Positions 12,301 to 24,756 of a DNA stretch of 64,000 nt are shown here, piece by piece. Every line of letters begins with the position of its first letter. The first letter of the stretch is position 1. The notes beneath the pieces were generated by a model, which saw only the letters and a program-made list of their open reading frames with translations, had not been told where the DNA came from and searched no databases. A program made the position numbers and the translations under genes. This stretch comes from Balanoglossus misakiensis (Eukaryota; Animalia; Hemichordata), in NCBI GenBank assembly GCA_040954595.2, contig CM082592.2, positions 11,936,732 through 12,000,731 of the forward strand, given 5' to 3'.

Positions 12301-15300
12301 GATTTTTCGACTTTGCGAATTTTCAAAATTTGGTCATTTTTTGAAAAAAACCATGGGTTATAGCTCAGGAAAATGTTGAAAAATCGATGATTTTTCGACT
12401 TTGCGAATTTTCAAAATTTGGTCATTTTTTGAAAAAAACCATGGGTTATAGCTCAGGAAAATGTTGAAAAATCGATGATTTTTCGACTTTGCGAATTTTC
12501 AAAATTTGGTCATTTTTTGAAAAAAACCATGGGTTATAGCTCAGGAAAATGTTGAAAAATCGATGATTTTTCGACTTTGCGAATTTTCAAAATTTGGTCA
12601 TTTTTTGAAAAAAACCATGGGTTATAGCTCAGGAAAATGTTGAAAAATCGATGATTTTTCGACTTTGCGAATTTTCAAAATTTGGTCATTTTTTGAAAAA
12701 AACCATGGGTTATAGCTCAGGAAAATGTTGAAAAATCGATGATTTTTCGACTTTGCGAATTTTCAAAATTTGGTCATTTGTGAAAAAAACCATGGGTTAT
12801 AGCTCAGGAAAATGTTGAAAAATCGATGATTTTTCGACTTTGCGAATTTTCAAAATTTGGTCATTTTTTGAAAAAAACCATGGGTTATAGCTCAGGAAAA
12901 TGTTGAAAAATCGATGATTTTTCGACTTTGCGAATTTTCAAAATTTGGTCATTTTTTGAAAAAAACCATGGGTTATAGCTCAGGAAAATGTTGAAAAATC
13001 GATGATTTTTTGACTATGCGAATTTTCAAAATTTGGTCATTTTTTGAAAAAAACCATGGGTTATAGCTCAGGAAAATGTTGAAAAATCGATGATTTTTCG
13101 ACTTAGCGAATTTTCAAAATTTGGTCATTTTTTGAAAAAAACCATGGGTTATAGCTCAGGAAAATGTTGAAAAATCGAGGATTTTTCGACTTTGCGAATT
13201 TTCAAAATTTGGTCATTTTTTGAAAAAAACCATGGGTTATAGCTCAGGAAAATGTTGAAAAATCGATGATTTTTCGACTTTGCGAATTTTCAAAATTTGG
13301 TCATTTTTTGAAAAAAACCATGGGTTATAGCTCAGGAAAATGTTGAAAAATCGATGATTTTTCGACTTTGCGAATTTTCAAAATTTGGTCATTTTTTGAA
13401 AAAAACCATGGGTTATAGCTCAGGAAAATGTTGAAAAATCGATGATTTTTCGACTTAGCGAATTTTCAAAATTTGGTCATTTTTTGAAAAAAACCATGGG
13501 TTATAGCTCAGGAAAATGTTGAAAAATCGATGATTTTTCGACTTTGCGAATTTTCAAAATTTGGTCATTTTTTAAAAAAAACCATGGGTTATAGCTCAGG
13601 AAAATGTTGAAAAATCGAGGATTTTTCGACTTTGCGAATTTTCAAAATTTGGTCATTTTTTGAAAAAAACCATGGGTTATAGCTCAGGAAAATGTTGAAA
13701 AATCGATGATTTTTTGACTATGCGAATTTTCAAAATTTGGTCATTTTTTGAAAAAAACCATGGGTTATAGCTCAGGAAAATGTTGAAAAATCGATGATTT
13801 TTCGACTTAGCGAATTTTCAAAATTTGGTCATTTTTTGAAAAAAACCATGGGTTATAGCTCAGGAAAATGTTGAAAAATCGAGGATTTTTCGACTTTGCG
13901 AATTTTCAAAATTTGGTCATTTTTTGAAAAAAACCATGGGTTATAGCTCAGGAAAATGTTGAAAAATCGAGGATTTTTCGACTTTGCGAATTTTCAAAAT
14001 TTGGTCATTTTTTGAAAAAAACCATGGGTTATAGCTCAGGAAAATGTTGAAAAATCGAGGATTTTTCGACTTTGCGAATTTTCAAAATTTGGTCATTTTT
14101 TGAAAAAAACCATGGGTTATAGCTCAGGAAAATGTTGAAAAATCGATGATTTTTCGACTTTGCGAATTTTCAAAATTTGGTCATTTTTTGAAAAAAACCA
14201 TGGGTTATAGCTCAGGAAAATGTTGAAAAATCGAGGATTTTTCGACTTTGCGAATTTTCAAAATTTTGTCATTTTTTGAAAAAAACCATGGGTTATAGCT
14301 CAGGAAAATGTTGAAAAATCGATGATTTTTCGACTATGCGAATTTTCAAAATTTGGTCATTTTTTGAAAAAAACCATGGGTTATAGCTCAGGAAAATGTT
14401 GAAAAATCGATGATTTTTCGACTTAGCGAATTTTAAAAATTTGGTCATTTTTTGAAAAAAACCATGGGTTATAGCTCAGGAAAATGTTGAAAAATCGAGG
14501 ATTTTTCGACTTTGCGAATTTTCAAAATTTGGTCATTTTTTGAAAAAAACCATGGGTTATAGCTCAGGAAAATGTTGAAAAATCGAGGATTTTTCGACTT
14601 AGCGAATTTTCAAAATTTGGTCATTTTTTGAAAAAAACCATGGGTTATAGCTCAGGAAAATGTTGAAAAATCGATGATTTTTCGACTTTGCGAATTTTCA
14701 AAATTTGGTCATTTTTTGAAAAAAACCATGGGTTATAGCTCAGGAAAATGTTGAAAAATCGATGATTTTTCGACTTTGCGAATTTTCAAAATTTGGTCAT
14801 TTTTTGAAAAAAACCATGGGTTATAGCTCAGGAAAATGTTGAAAAATCGATGATTTTTCGACTTAGCGAATTTTCAAAATTTGGTCATTTTTTGAAAAAA
14901 ACCATGGGTTATAGCTCAGGAAAATGTTGAAAAATCGATGATTTTTCGACTTTGCGAATTTTCAAAATTTGGTCATTTTTTGAAAAAAACCATGGGTTAT
15001 AGCTCAGGAAAATGTTGAAAAATCGATGATTTTTCGACTTAGCGAATTTTCAAAATTTGGTCATTTTTTGAAAAAAACCATGGGTTATAGCTCAGGAAAA
15101 TGTTGAAAAATCGATGATTTTTTGACTATGCGAATTTTCAAAATTTGGTCATTTTTTGAAAAAAACCATGGGTTATAGCTCAGGAAAATGTTGAAAAATC
15201 GAGGATTTTTCGACTTTGCGAATTTTCAAAATTTGGTCATTTTTTGAAAAAAACCATGGGTTATAGCTCAGGAAAATGTTGAAAAATCGATGATTTTTCG

Positions 15301-18300
15301 ACTTTGCGAATTTTCAAAATTTGGTCATTTTTTGAAAAAAACCATGGGTTATAGCTCAGGAAAATGTTGAAAAATCGATGATTTTTCGACTTTGCGAATT
15401 TTCAAAATTTGGTCATTTTTTGAAAAAAACCATGGGTTATAGCTCAGGAAAATGTTGAAAAATCGATGATTTTTCGACTTTGCGAATTTTCAAAATTTGG
15501 TCATTTTTTGAAAAAAACCATGGGTTATAGCTCAGGAAAATGTTGAAAAATCGATGATTTTTCGACTATGCGAATTTTAAAAATTTGGTCATTTTTTGAA
15601 AAAAACCATGGGTTATAGCTCAGGAAAATGTTGAAAAATCGATGATTTTTCGACTTAGCGAATTTTCAAAATTTGGTCATTTTTTGAAAAAAACCATGGG
15701 TTATAGCTCAGGAAAATGTTGAAAAATCGATGATTTTTTGACTATGCGAATTTTCAAAATTTGGTCATTTTTTGAAAAAAACCATGGGTTATAGCTCAGG
15801 AAAATGTTGAAAAATCGAGGATTTTTCGACTTTGCGAATTTTCAAAATTTGGTCATTTTTTGAAAAAAACCATGGGTTATAGCTCAGGAAAATGTTGAAA
15901 AATCGATGATTTTTCGACTTTGCGAATTTTCAAAATTTGGTCATTTTTTGAAAAAAACCATGGGTTATAGCTCAGGAAAATGTTGAAAAATCGATGATTT
16001 TTCGACTTTGCGAATTTTCAAAATTTGGTCATTTTTTGAAAAAAACCATGGGTTATAGCTCAGGAAAATGTTGAAAAATCGATGATTTTTCGACTTAGCG
16101 AATTTTCAAAATTTGGTCATTTTTTGAAAAAAACCATGGGTTATAGCTCAGGAAAATGTTGAAAAATCGATGATTTTTCGACTTTGCGAATTTTCAAAAT
16201 TTGGTCATTTTTTGAAAAAAACCATGGGTTATAGCTCAGGAAAATGTTGAAAAATCGATGATTTTTCGACTTTGCGAATTTTCAAAATTTGGTCATTTTT
16301 TGAAAAAAACCATGGGTTATAGCTCAGGAAAATGTTGAAAAATCGATGATTTTTCGACTTAGCGAATTTTCAAAATTTGGTCATTTTTTGAAAAAAACCA
16401 TGGGTTATAGCTCAGGAAAATGTTGAAAAATCGATGATTTTTCGACTTTGCGAATTTTCAAAATTTGGTCATTTTTTGAAAAAAACCATGGGTTATAGCT
16501 CAGGAAAATGTTGAAAAATCGATGATTTTTCGACTTTGCGAATTTTCAAAATTTGGTCATTTTTTGAAAAAAACCATGGGTTATAGCTCAGGAAAATGTT
16601 GAAAAATCGATGATTTTTTGACTATGCGAATTTTCAAAATTTGGTCATTTTTTGAAAAAAACCATGGGTTATAGCTCAGGAAAATGTTGAAAAATCGATG
16701 ATTTTTCGACTTAGCGAATTTTCAAAATTTGGTCATTTTTTGAAAAAAAACATGGGTTATAGCTCAGGAAAATGTTGAAAAATCGAGGATTTTTCGACTT
16801 TGCGAATTTTCAAAATTTGGTCATTTTTTGAAAAAAACCATGGGTTATAGCTCAGGAAAATGTTGAAAAATCGAGGATTTTTCGACTTTGCGAATTTTCA
16901 AAATTTGGTCATTTTTTGAAAAAAACCATGGGTTATAGCTCAGGAAAATGTTGAAAAATCGAGGATTTTTCGACTTTGCGAATTTTCAAAATTTTGTCAT
17001 TTTTTGAAAAAAACCATGGGTTATAGCTCAGGAAAATGTTGAAAAATCGATGATTTTTCGACTATGCGAATTTTCAAAATTTGGTCATTTTTTGAAAAAA
17101 ACCATGGGTTATAGCTCAGGAAAATGTTGAAAAATCGATGATTTTTCGACTTAGCGAATTTTAAAAATTTGGTCATTTTTTGAAAAAAACCATGGGTTAT
17201 AGCTCAGGAAAATGTTGAAAAATCGAGGATTTTTCGACTTTGCGAATTTTCAAAATTTGGTCATTTTTTGAAAAAAACCATGGGTTATAGCTCAGGAAAA
17301 TGTTGAAAAATCGATGATTTTTCGACTTTGCGAATTTTCAAAATTTGGTCATTTTTTGAAAAAAACCATGGGTTATAGCTCAGGAAAATGTTGAAAAATC
17401 GAGGATTTTTCGACTTAGCGAATTTTCAAAATTTGGTCATTTTTTGAAAAAAACTATGGGTTATAGCTCAGGAAAATGTTGAAAAATCAATGATTTTTCG
17501 ACTTTGCGAATTTTCAAAATTTGGTCATTTTTTGAAAAAAACCATGGGTTATAGCTCAGGAAAAAGTTGAAAAATCGAGGATTTTTTGACTATGCGAATT
17601 TTCAAAATTTGGTCATTTTTTGAAAAAAACCATGGGTTATAGCTCAGGAAAATGTTGAAAAATCGATGATTTTTCGACTTAGCGAATTTTCAAAATTTGG
17701 TCATTTTTTGAAAAAAACCATGGGTTATAGCTCAGGAAAATGTTGAAAAATCGAGGATTTTTCGACTTTGCGAATTTTCAAAATTTGGTCATTTTTTGAA
17801 AAAAACCATGGGTTATAGCTCAGGAAAATGTTGAAAAATCGATGATTTTTCGACTTTGCGAATTTTCAAAATTTGGTCATTTTTTGAAAAAAACCATGGG
17901 TTATAGCTCAGGAAAATGTTGAAAAATCGATGATTTTTCGACTTTGCGAATTTTCAAAATTTGGTCATTTTTTGAAAAAAACCATGGGTTATAGCTCAGG
18001 AAAATGTTGAAAAATCGATGATTTTTCGACTATGCGAATTTTAAAAATTTGGTCATTTTTTGAAAAAAACCATGGGTTATAGCTCAGGAAAATGTTGAAA
18101 AATCGATGATTTTTCGACTTAGCGAATTTTCAAAATTTGGTCATTTTTTGAAAAAAACCATGGGTTATAGCTCAGGAAAATGTTGAAAAATCGATGATTT
18201 TTCGACTTTGCGAATTTTCAAAATTTGGTCATTTTTTGAAAAAAACCATGGGTTATAGCTCAGGAAAATGTTGAAAAATCGATGATTTTTCGACTTTGCG

Positions 18301-21297
18301 AATTTTCAAAATTTGGTCATTTTTTGAAAAAAACCATGGGTTATAGCTCAGGAAAATGTTGAAAAATCGATGATTTTTTGACTATGCGAATTTTCAAAAT
18401 TTGGTCATTTTTTGAAAAAAACCATGGGTTATAGCTCAGGAAAATGTTGAAAAATCGATGATTTTTCGACTTAGCGAATTTTCAAAATTTGGTCATTTTT
18501 TGAAAAAAAACATGGGTTATAGCTCAGGAAAATGTTGAAAAATCGAGGATTTTTCGACTTTGCGAATTTTCAAAATTTGGTCATTTTTTGAAAAAAACCA
18601 TGGGTTATAGCTCAGGAAAATGTTGAAAAATCGAGGATTTTTCGACTTTGCGAATTTTCAAAATTTGGTCATTTTTTGAAAAAAACCATGGGTTATAGCT
18701 CAGGAAAATGTTGAAAAATCGAGGATTTTTCGACTTTGCGAATTTTCAAAATTTTGTCATTTTTTGAAAAAAACCATGGGTTATAGCTCAGGAAAATGTT
18801 GAAAAATCGATGATTTTTCGACTATGCGAATTTTCAAAATTTGGTCATTTTTTGAAAAAAACCATGGGTTATAGCTCAGGAAAATGTTGAAAAATCGATG
18901 ATTTTTCGACTTAGCGAATTTTAAAAATTTGGTCATTTTTTGAAAAAAACCATGGGTTATAGCTCAGGAAAATGTTGAAAAATCGAGGATTTTTCGACTT
19001 TGCGAATTTTCAAAATTTGGTCATTTTTTGAAAAAAACCATGGGTTATAGCTCAGGAAAATGTTGAAAAATCGATGATTTTTCGACTTTGCGAATTTTCA
19101 AAATTTGGTCATTTTTTGAAAAAAACCATGGGTTATAGCTCAGGAAAATGTTGAAAAATCGAGGATTTTTCGACTTAGCGAATTTTCAAAATTTGGTCAT
19201 TTTTTGAAAAAAACTATGGGTTATAGCTCAGGAAAATGTTGAAAAATCAATGATTTTTCGACTTTGCGAATTTTCAAAATTTGGTCATTTTTTGAAAAAA
19301 ACCATGGGTTATAGCTCAGGAAAATGTTGAAAAATCGATGATTTTTTGACTATGCGAATTTTCAAAATTTGGTCATTTTTTGAAAAAAACCATGGGTTAT
19401 AGCTCAGGAAAATGTTGAAAAATCGATGATTTTTCGACTTAGCGAATTTTCAAAATTTGGTCATTTTTTGAAAAAAACCATGGGTTATAGCTCAGGAAAA
19501 TGTTGAAAAATCGAGGATTTTTCGACTTTGCGAATTTTCAAAATTTGGTCATTTTTTGAAAAAAACCATGGGTTATAGCTCAGGAAAATGTTGAAAAATC
19601 GATGATTTTTCGACTTTGCGAATTTTCAAAATTTGGTCATTTTTTGAAAAAAACCATGGGTTATAGCTCAGGAAAATGTTGAAAAATCGATGATTTTTCG
19701 ACTTTGCGAATTTTCAAAATTTGGTCATTTTTTGAAAAAAACCATGGGTTATAGCTCAGGAAAATGTTGAAAAATCGATGATTTTTCGACTATGCGAATT
19801 TTAAAAATTTGGTCATTTTTTGAAAAAAACCATGGGTTATAGCTCAGGAAAATGTTGAAAAATCGATGATTTTTCGACTTAGCGAATTTTCAAAATTTGG
19901 TCATTTTTTGAAAAAAACCATGGGTTATAGCTCAGGAAAATGTTGAAAAATCGATGATTTTTCGACTTTGCGAATTTTCAAAATTTGGTCATTTTTTGAA
20001 AAAAACCATGGGTTATAGCTCAGGAAAATGTTGAAAAATCGAGGATTTTTCGACTTTGCGAATTTTCAAAATTTGGTCATTTTTTGAAAAAAACCATGGG
20101 TTATAGCTCAGGAAAATGTTGAAAAATCGAGGATTTTTCGACTTAGCGAATTTTCAAAATTTGGTCATTTATTGAAAAAAACCATGGGTTATAGCTCAGG
20201 AAAATGTTGAAAAATCGATGATTTTTCGACTTTGCGAATTTTCAAAATTTGGTCATTTTTTGAAAAAAACCATGGGTTATAGCTCAGGAAAATGTTGAAA
20301 AATCGAGGATTTTTTGACTATGCGAATTTTCAAAATTTGGTCATTTTTTGAAAAAAACCATGGGTTATAGCTCAGGAAAATGTTGAAAAATCGATGATTT
20401 TTCGACTTAGCGAATTTTCAAAATTTGGTCATTTTTTGAAAAAAACCATGGGTTATAGCTCAGGAAAATGTTGAAAAATCGAGGATTTTTCGACTTAGCG
20501 AATTTTCAAAATTTGGTCATTTTTTGAAAAAAACCATGGGTTATAGCTCAGGAAAATGTTGAAAAATCGATGATTTTTCGACTTTGCGAATTTTCAAAAT
20601 TTGGTCATTTTTTGAAAAAAACCATGGGTTATAGCTCAGGAAAATGTTGAAAAATCGATGATTTTTCGACTTTACGAATTTTCAAAATTTGGTCATTTTT
20701 TGAAAAAACCATGGGTTATAGCTCAGGAAAATGTTGAAAAATCGATGATTTTTCGACTTTGCGAATTTTCAAAATTTGGTCATTTTTTGAAAAAAACCAT
20801 GGGTTATAGCTCAGGAAAATGTTGAAAAATCGATGATTTTTCGACTATGCGAATTTTCAAAATTTGGTCATTTTTTGAAAAAAACCATGGGTTATAGCTC
20901 AGGAAAATGTTGAAAAATCGAGGATTTTTCGACTTAGCGAATTTTCAAAATTTGGTCATTTTTTGAAAAAAACCATGGGTTATAGCTCAGGAAAATGTTG
21001 AAAAATCGAGGATTTTTCGACTTAGCGAATTTTCAAAATTTGGTCATTTTTTGAAAAAAACCATGGGTTATAGCTCAGGAAAATGTTGAAAAATCGAGGA
21101 TTTTTCGACTTTGCGAATTTTCAAAATTTGGTCATTTTTTGAAAAAAACCATGGGTTATAGCTCAGGAAAATGTTGAAAAATCGAGGATTTTTCGACTTT
21201 GCGAATTTTCAAAATTTGGTCATTTTTTGAAAAAACCATGGGTTATAGCTCAGGAAAATGTTGAAAAATCGAGGATTTTCCGACTTTGCGAATTTTC
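6347..21297 (-). repeat. Tandem satellite, right arm: ~170 copies of the same monomer in inverted orientation, mostly 88 bp
   Basis: Monomer CCATGGGTTATAGCTCAGGAAAATGTTGAAAAATCGA(T/G)GATTTTTCGACT(TT/TA/AT)GCGAATTTTCAAAATTTGGTCATTTTTTGAAAAAAA is the reverse complement of the left-arm unit, with recurrent diagnostic variants. Ends abruptly at ...GCGAATTTTC (21297). Confidence 0.99.
16300..20030. repeat. Higher-order repeat: ~2 copies of a 20-monomer (1760-bp) block within the right arm
   Basis: Rare variants recur at an exact 1760-bp offset: 16621/18381, 16741/18501, 16991/18751, 17451/19211, 17481/19241, 18031/19791. Confidence 0.85.
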
Positions 21298-21540
21298 GTC
21301 ATAAGCATGGATTATAGCTCATATACGCTCAAAAATGACAAATTATTGATTTTGTGAAATTTGGCCATTTTGACGTTTATATGTCATATGCATGGATTAT
21401 AGCTCATACACACTCAAAAATGACAAATTCTTTATTTTGTAAAAAAAAATTCGCCGTTTTGACTTTTTTCATGTCATATGCATGGATTATATATAGCTCA
21501 CACATACACGCTCAAAAATAACACATTTCGATTATAACAG
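21298..21540. repeat. Three diverged ~84-90-bp satellite-related units at the array edge
   Basis: CATGGATTAT(ATAT)AGCTCA at 21307, 21391 and 21481 matches monomer CATGGGTTATAGCTCA. GAAATTTGGCCATTTTGA (~21356) matches monomer AAAATTTGGTCATTTTTTGA. The units also share CTCAAAAAT(G/A)ACA with each other. Confidence 0.8.
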
Positions 21541-21545
21541 TTTAC

Positions 21546-21684
21546 CTTTCCCGATCCTTTTATTCCTTTCCATAAACTAAAATAAACGATTATGAAGACG
21601 GCCATGAGACAGATAGCAAGCTGCCAGCTCACTTTTCCCACGTCATCAATTCCATCCGCCAGATGAGTTTGTAAAACTTTGCGT
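21546..21684 (-). CDS. SLC6A4: SERT-like SLC6 transporter, coding exon 4 (139 bp; end of EL2, TM4, IL2): (E)RKVLQTHLADGIDDVGKVSWQLAICLMAVFIIVYFSLWKGIKGSGK
   Basis: Found by manual reverse-strand translation; absent from the ORF track. Acceptor ttttttcacag, donor AAG|gtaaac. Phase-2 start completes the GA left by exon 3. Matches the SLC6 motif WQL..C....YFS.WKG.K.SGK. Confidence 0.95.
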
Positions 21685-24600
21685 CTGTGAAAAAAATATC
21701 AAAAAATAAGGCAAAATGTTGCAGACAAGTCGATGTCGGTAAATATAGATTTGTTGTTCGGTGGTGGTGGGGTGGTGGTAAGGAATCTAGATTTTCTAGT
21801 CCAATCAGGAGCCATATTCTTAGACAGAGTCATCAAGATTTACAGAAATTTCAAACACTTCATTAACAAACATAGTTAAGTCTGAGCACCTATAATCATG
21901 AACACGAGAATGGGCGATAACTTAGCTGACATTGTGAGGTAGCATTCAGTGCAGTAATGATGGCAGTATGCACGAAGGATGACACCCCAGACCATTTGAT
22001 AAAACTGTCGATGCCCGAGATAACGAAACCCGAAGATTATGCACACGTATTGACACTAGACCAATCATGTCTCCCATTTTTCAATATTTATAGATGGAAT
22101 TATAATAACCAAGCAATATATTTGATTCCAGTGCGGCAGGGCAACAGCAGACACATCTCCGCGAATTCAAACACGGGGGCGCGCCATATCGAAGTACGCT
22201 TGATTACACGGCTCCTAGAAATATATTACTGCCCAATCTTCCAACAGTATATGCGATTAAAGTTTGATTTAGGCAATAAAACGGCTGCTGTGTCTTCGAC
22301 AGCACACAAGATGTCGACTGGGTCTAACAGCTTCAACATGTCCAAAGGTCATATGACATATCCGAATCAATGTAGCAGACTAGTATGGGAGCTACGGGCA
22401 TTCCACTTTTAGAAATCCGCCGCCAAAATTTATGGTTAAGCAATGGCAGTTGCTGTTTTTTACTCAACCACTGTTTTGAGTCTGACGGGGGATTGTTTGT
22501 AGTTGGTGGCAAGCAGGGCGAAACGGCTGACGCATTTTCTACTCTGCGCCCCAGAAAAATTAAAAAAAGAAACACTGAACAATTACCCGGTTTTTTTTGC
22601 CATCAACTTTGAATAGCACCCACGTCACAATATTTCAAATCAGCGCCGTTATAAACCCTCAATTATTACTCTTAATAACACATTCCAACCTCGACACCAT
22701 ATTTTGTCTCAATGAAATGGCAATAGAATTTCTTCGTGACTGTATTCTGTATGTTGTGATGCGTGTATAATGACCATAAGTCATAAATCTCCCTTGCTTT
22801 TATTTCATTAGAACTCTTTGTAGTACTTCGGTCAACTAAGTAATCTTTTTTGATATCTCAAATATTGGGAATATAGCGAAGGATAACATTGATCAATCTA
22901 AAAATACATGTAAGTACAACACAGTTGCAACAACGAGAATTATCTCATTTTTTCACATAAAGTATATTTCAACGTTATCTATTCTTCACTGTGGTCTGAT
23001 ATTGCCTGGTTTCACAAGTCTTTGATTTTCAGTTTGCGAATCCACTAAATTATGTTCTAATGAAAATGGAGTCGCCATGAAATGGACATGCAATGCTCGC
23101 CCAAGCGAAGCCCCTTCCACATGTACATTTCACCAACTTTGCTCGTTGAAGGGACAGGAAACGCTAAATAACTTAACAGCTAACGGCGGATCTAGGCTCT
23201 GTATTGTCGTAAAAAGACCGGGTGAGTGCCCAAGCCGAGTGCTGGCTTCAATGCGCACGATTCAGGGAGTACTGGAGTTTGTTATGAAATTAGACGGTTT
23301 AATGTCCATTTCAATCAATGTTACCCTATGGCAAACCACTTTAGTTATTGATTAGCGTGTAATACCGCGGCGTTCGACCAGGACACGGCCATTGTCTTCG
23401 CCCTGACAGTCTAAGTCGGTGATACATTACACGTACTTAGGATATGAAAATGCACGCGACACCTGCCGAGTCCACCTCAGAAACCATCTAACACAATTAG
23501 CGAAGTATTTTATATGGCGATCACAGGCGACCCCTGCTTCAATTATTGACTATATAATCACTGACTAGAATAATTTATCATTTATAATATTAAACGATGA
23601 ATGGCAAATAAATATAAACCCTCAATGTAGTTAATCATGATCATTTCAGCAGCAAGAAGAGATTTTCAAATATCACCAAAATTTGCAATGGGAGAGGACA
23701 TTTCATAATTTTAAGATAATTTAAACAGAACCAGAGAAAAGAAAAGTTTAAAGAATTTCCATGACTGCATTTCAATACTGAGATTTCATCAGCATCGTTT
23801 CACTTTTTCTGTTCACACGATAGAAATCTCACCGTTTTAGGCCAAATTAGGGAACGTGCTTATTAATGGAATACTGGTATGTTCATCGTGGCTATTGATA
23901 ACTTGTTTGTTTTTAAAGCAAAATAATAAAGGTTATAAATGGCAGCGATCATCGACATCACTTACGAAAGTCGGCATGAAAAGGGGTGTAATCGGAGGGC
24001 GATGATTGTTCTCTCATCGTTATGGATCACAACAAACGGATCACCCTCACCGCAGTAATTGCAGTTTGTTGACAAGAGAATGCGATAGCTCTTTGTGCCA
24101 CCGGCAATTACTACACGCAGCTCTGGGTAAAGACAGTATGTGAGAATGTTGTAAGCCGATGCGATATTCTATAGAAATCTGATTAAGAAAGCACATGATT
24201 CAGCGCAGAGCATTTCAACTGAATATGGCTGCGTATAGGCTGAACTGTTTTATTTCTTTTTCTGGCCTCTACAAACCCGCAATGTTCCAATGATTTAGCA
24301 CATTACTAATTATTCTGTGTAAAATGACACATGATTGGTTCCCCGAGACATCACAACAATGGCCGCAGTGAATTTTTTTTAAAAGTTTTCAAAATTAAAT
24401 AAACGTGTGCTCAAAATACTGATTTCTCTTTTATTTTGTCGATGCTCTAATTTGTTTCTTTCTGAAAGTCAACTGAAACATCTCCTGCTGTTCACCACAA
24501 AACAGACTGTGACCTAGACCCACATATGTGCTAGTCAAATAAAATGCACAAACTCGCTAACAATGTACATTAAATGTATACAGTTTTATTGTAGAATGAC

Positions 24601-24756
24601 GAATATTTGTATCGGTAAAACGCCCCGTTCAAAAATAAAATATTAAAAATGCAAATTTATATCATAATTTATATAAAAACGTTTCAATGAGATGGTCTGT
24701 TCGATACATAGTCTACAGGACAACAACAAAAAATCCGGAAATGAAATGTCACTCAC

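Noticed and set aside
1-21297. CRISPR-like array
   Set aside because: Head-to-tail repeats with no unique spacers, no cas genes, and a spliced eukaryotic context.
21957-22412. 151-aa plus-strand ORF
   Set aside because: Antisense within SERT intron 3, no recognisable motif, no supporting splice structure.
23105-23135. Minus-strand MWKGL as candidate SERT exon 4
   Set aside because: Flanking residues do not match TM4; the true exon is 21546-21684.
23758-23797. Hammerhead-ribozyme-like core on the minus strand (CTGATGA-aat..att-GAAA-tgca-GTC)
   Set aside because: Core nucleotides are present, but stem I cannot form in the correct register and stems II/III are marginal. A similar near-miss at ~47705-47745 lacks stem II.
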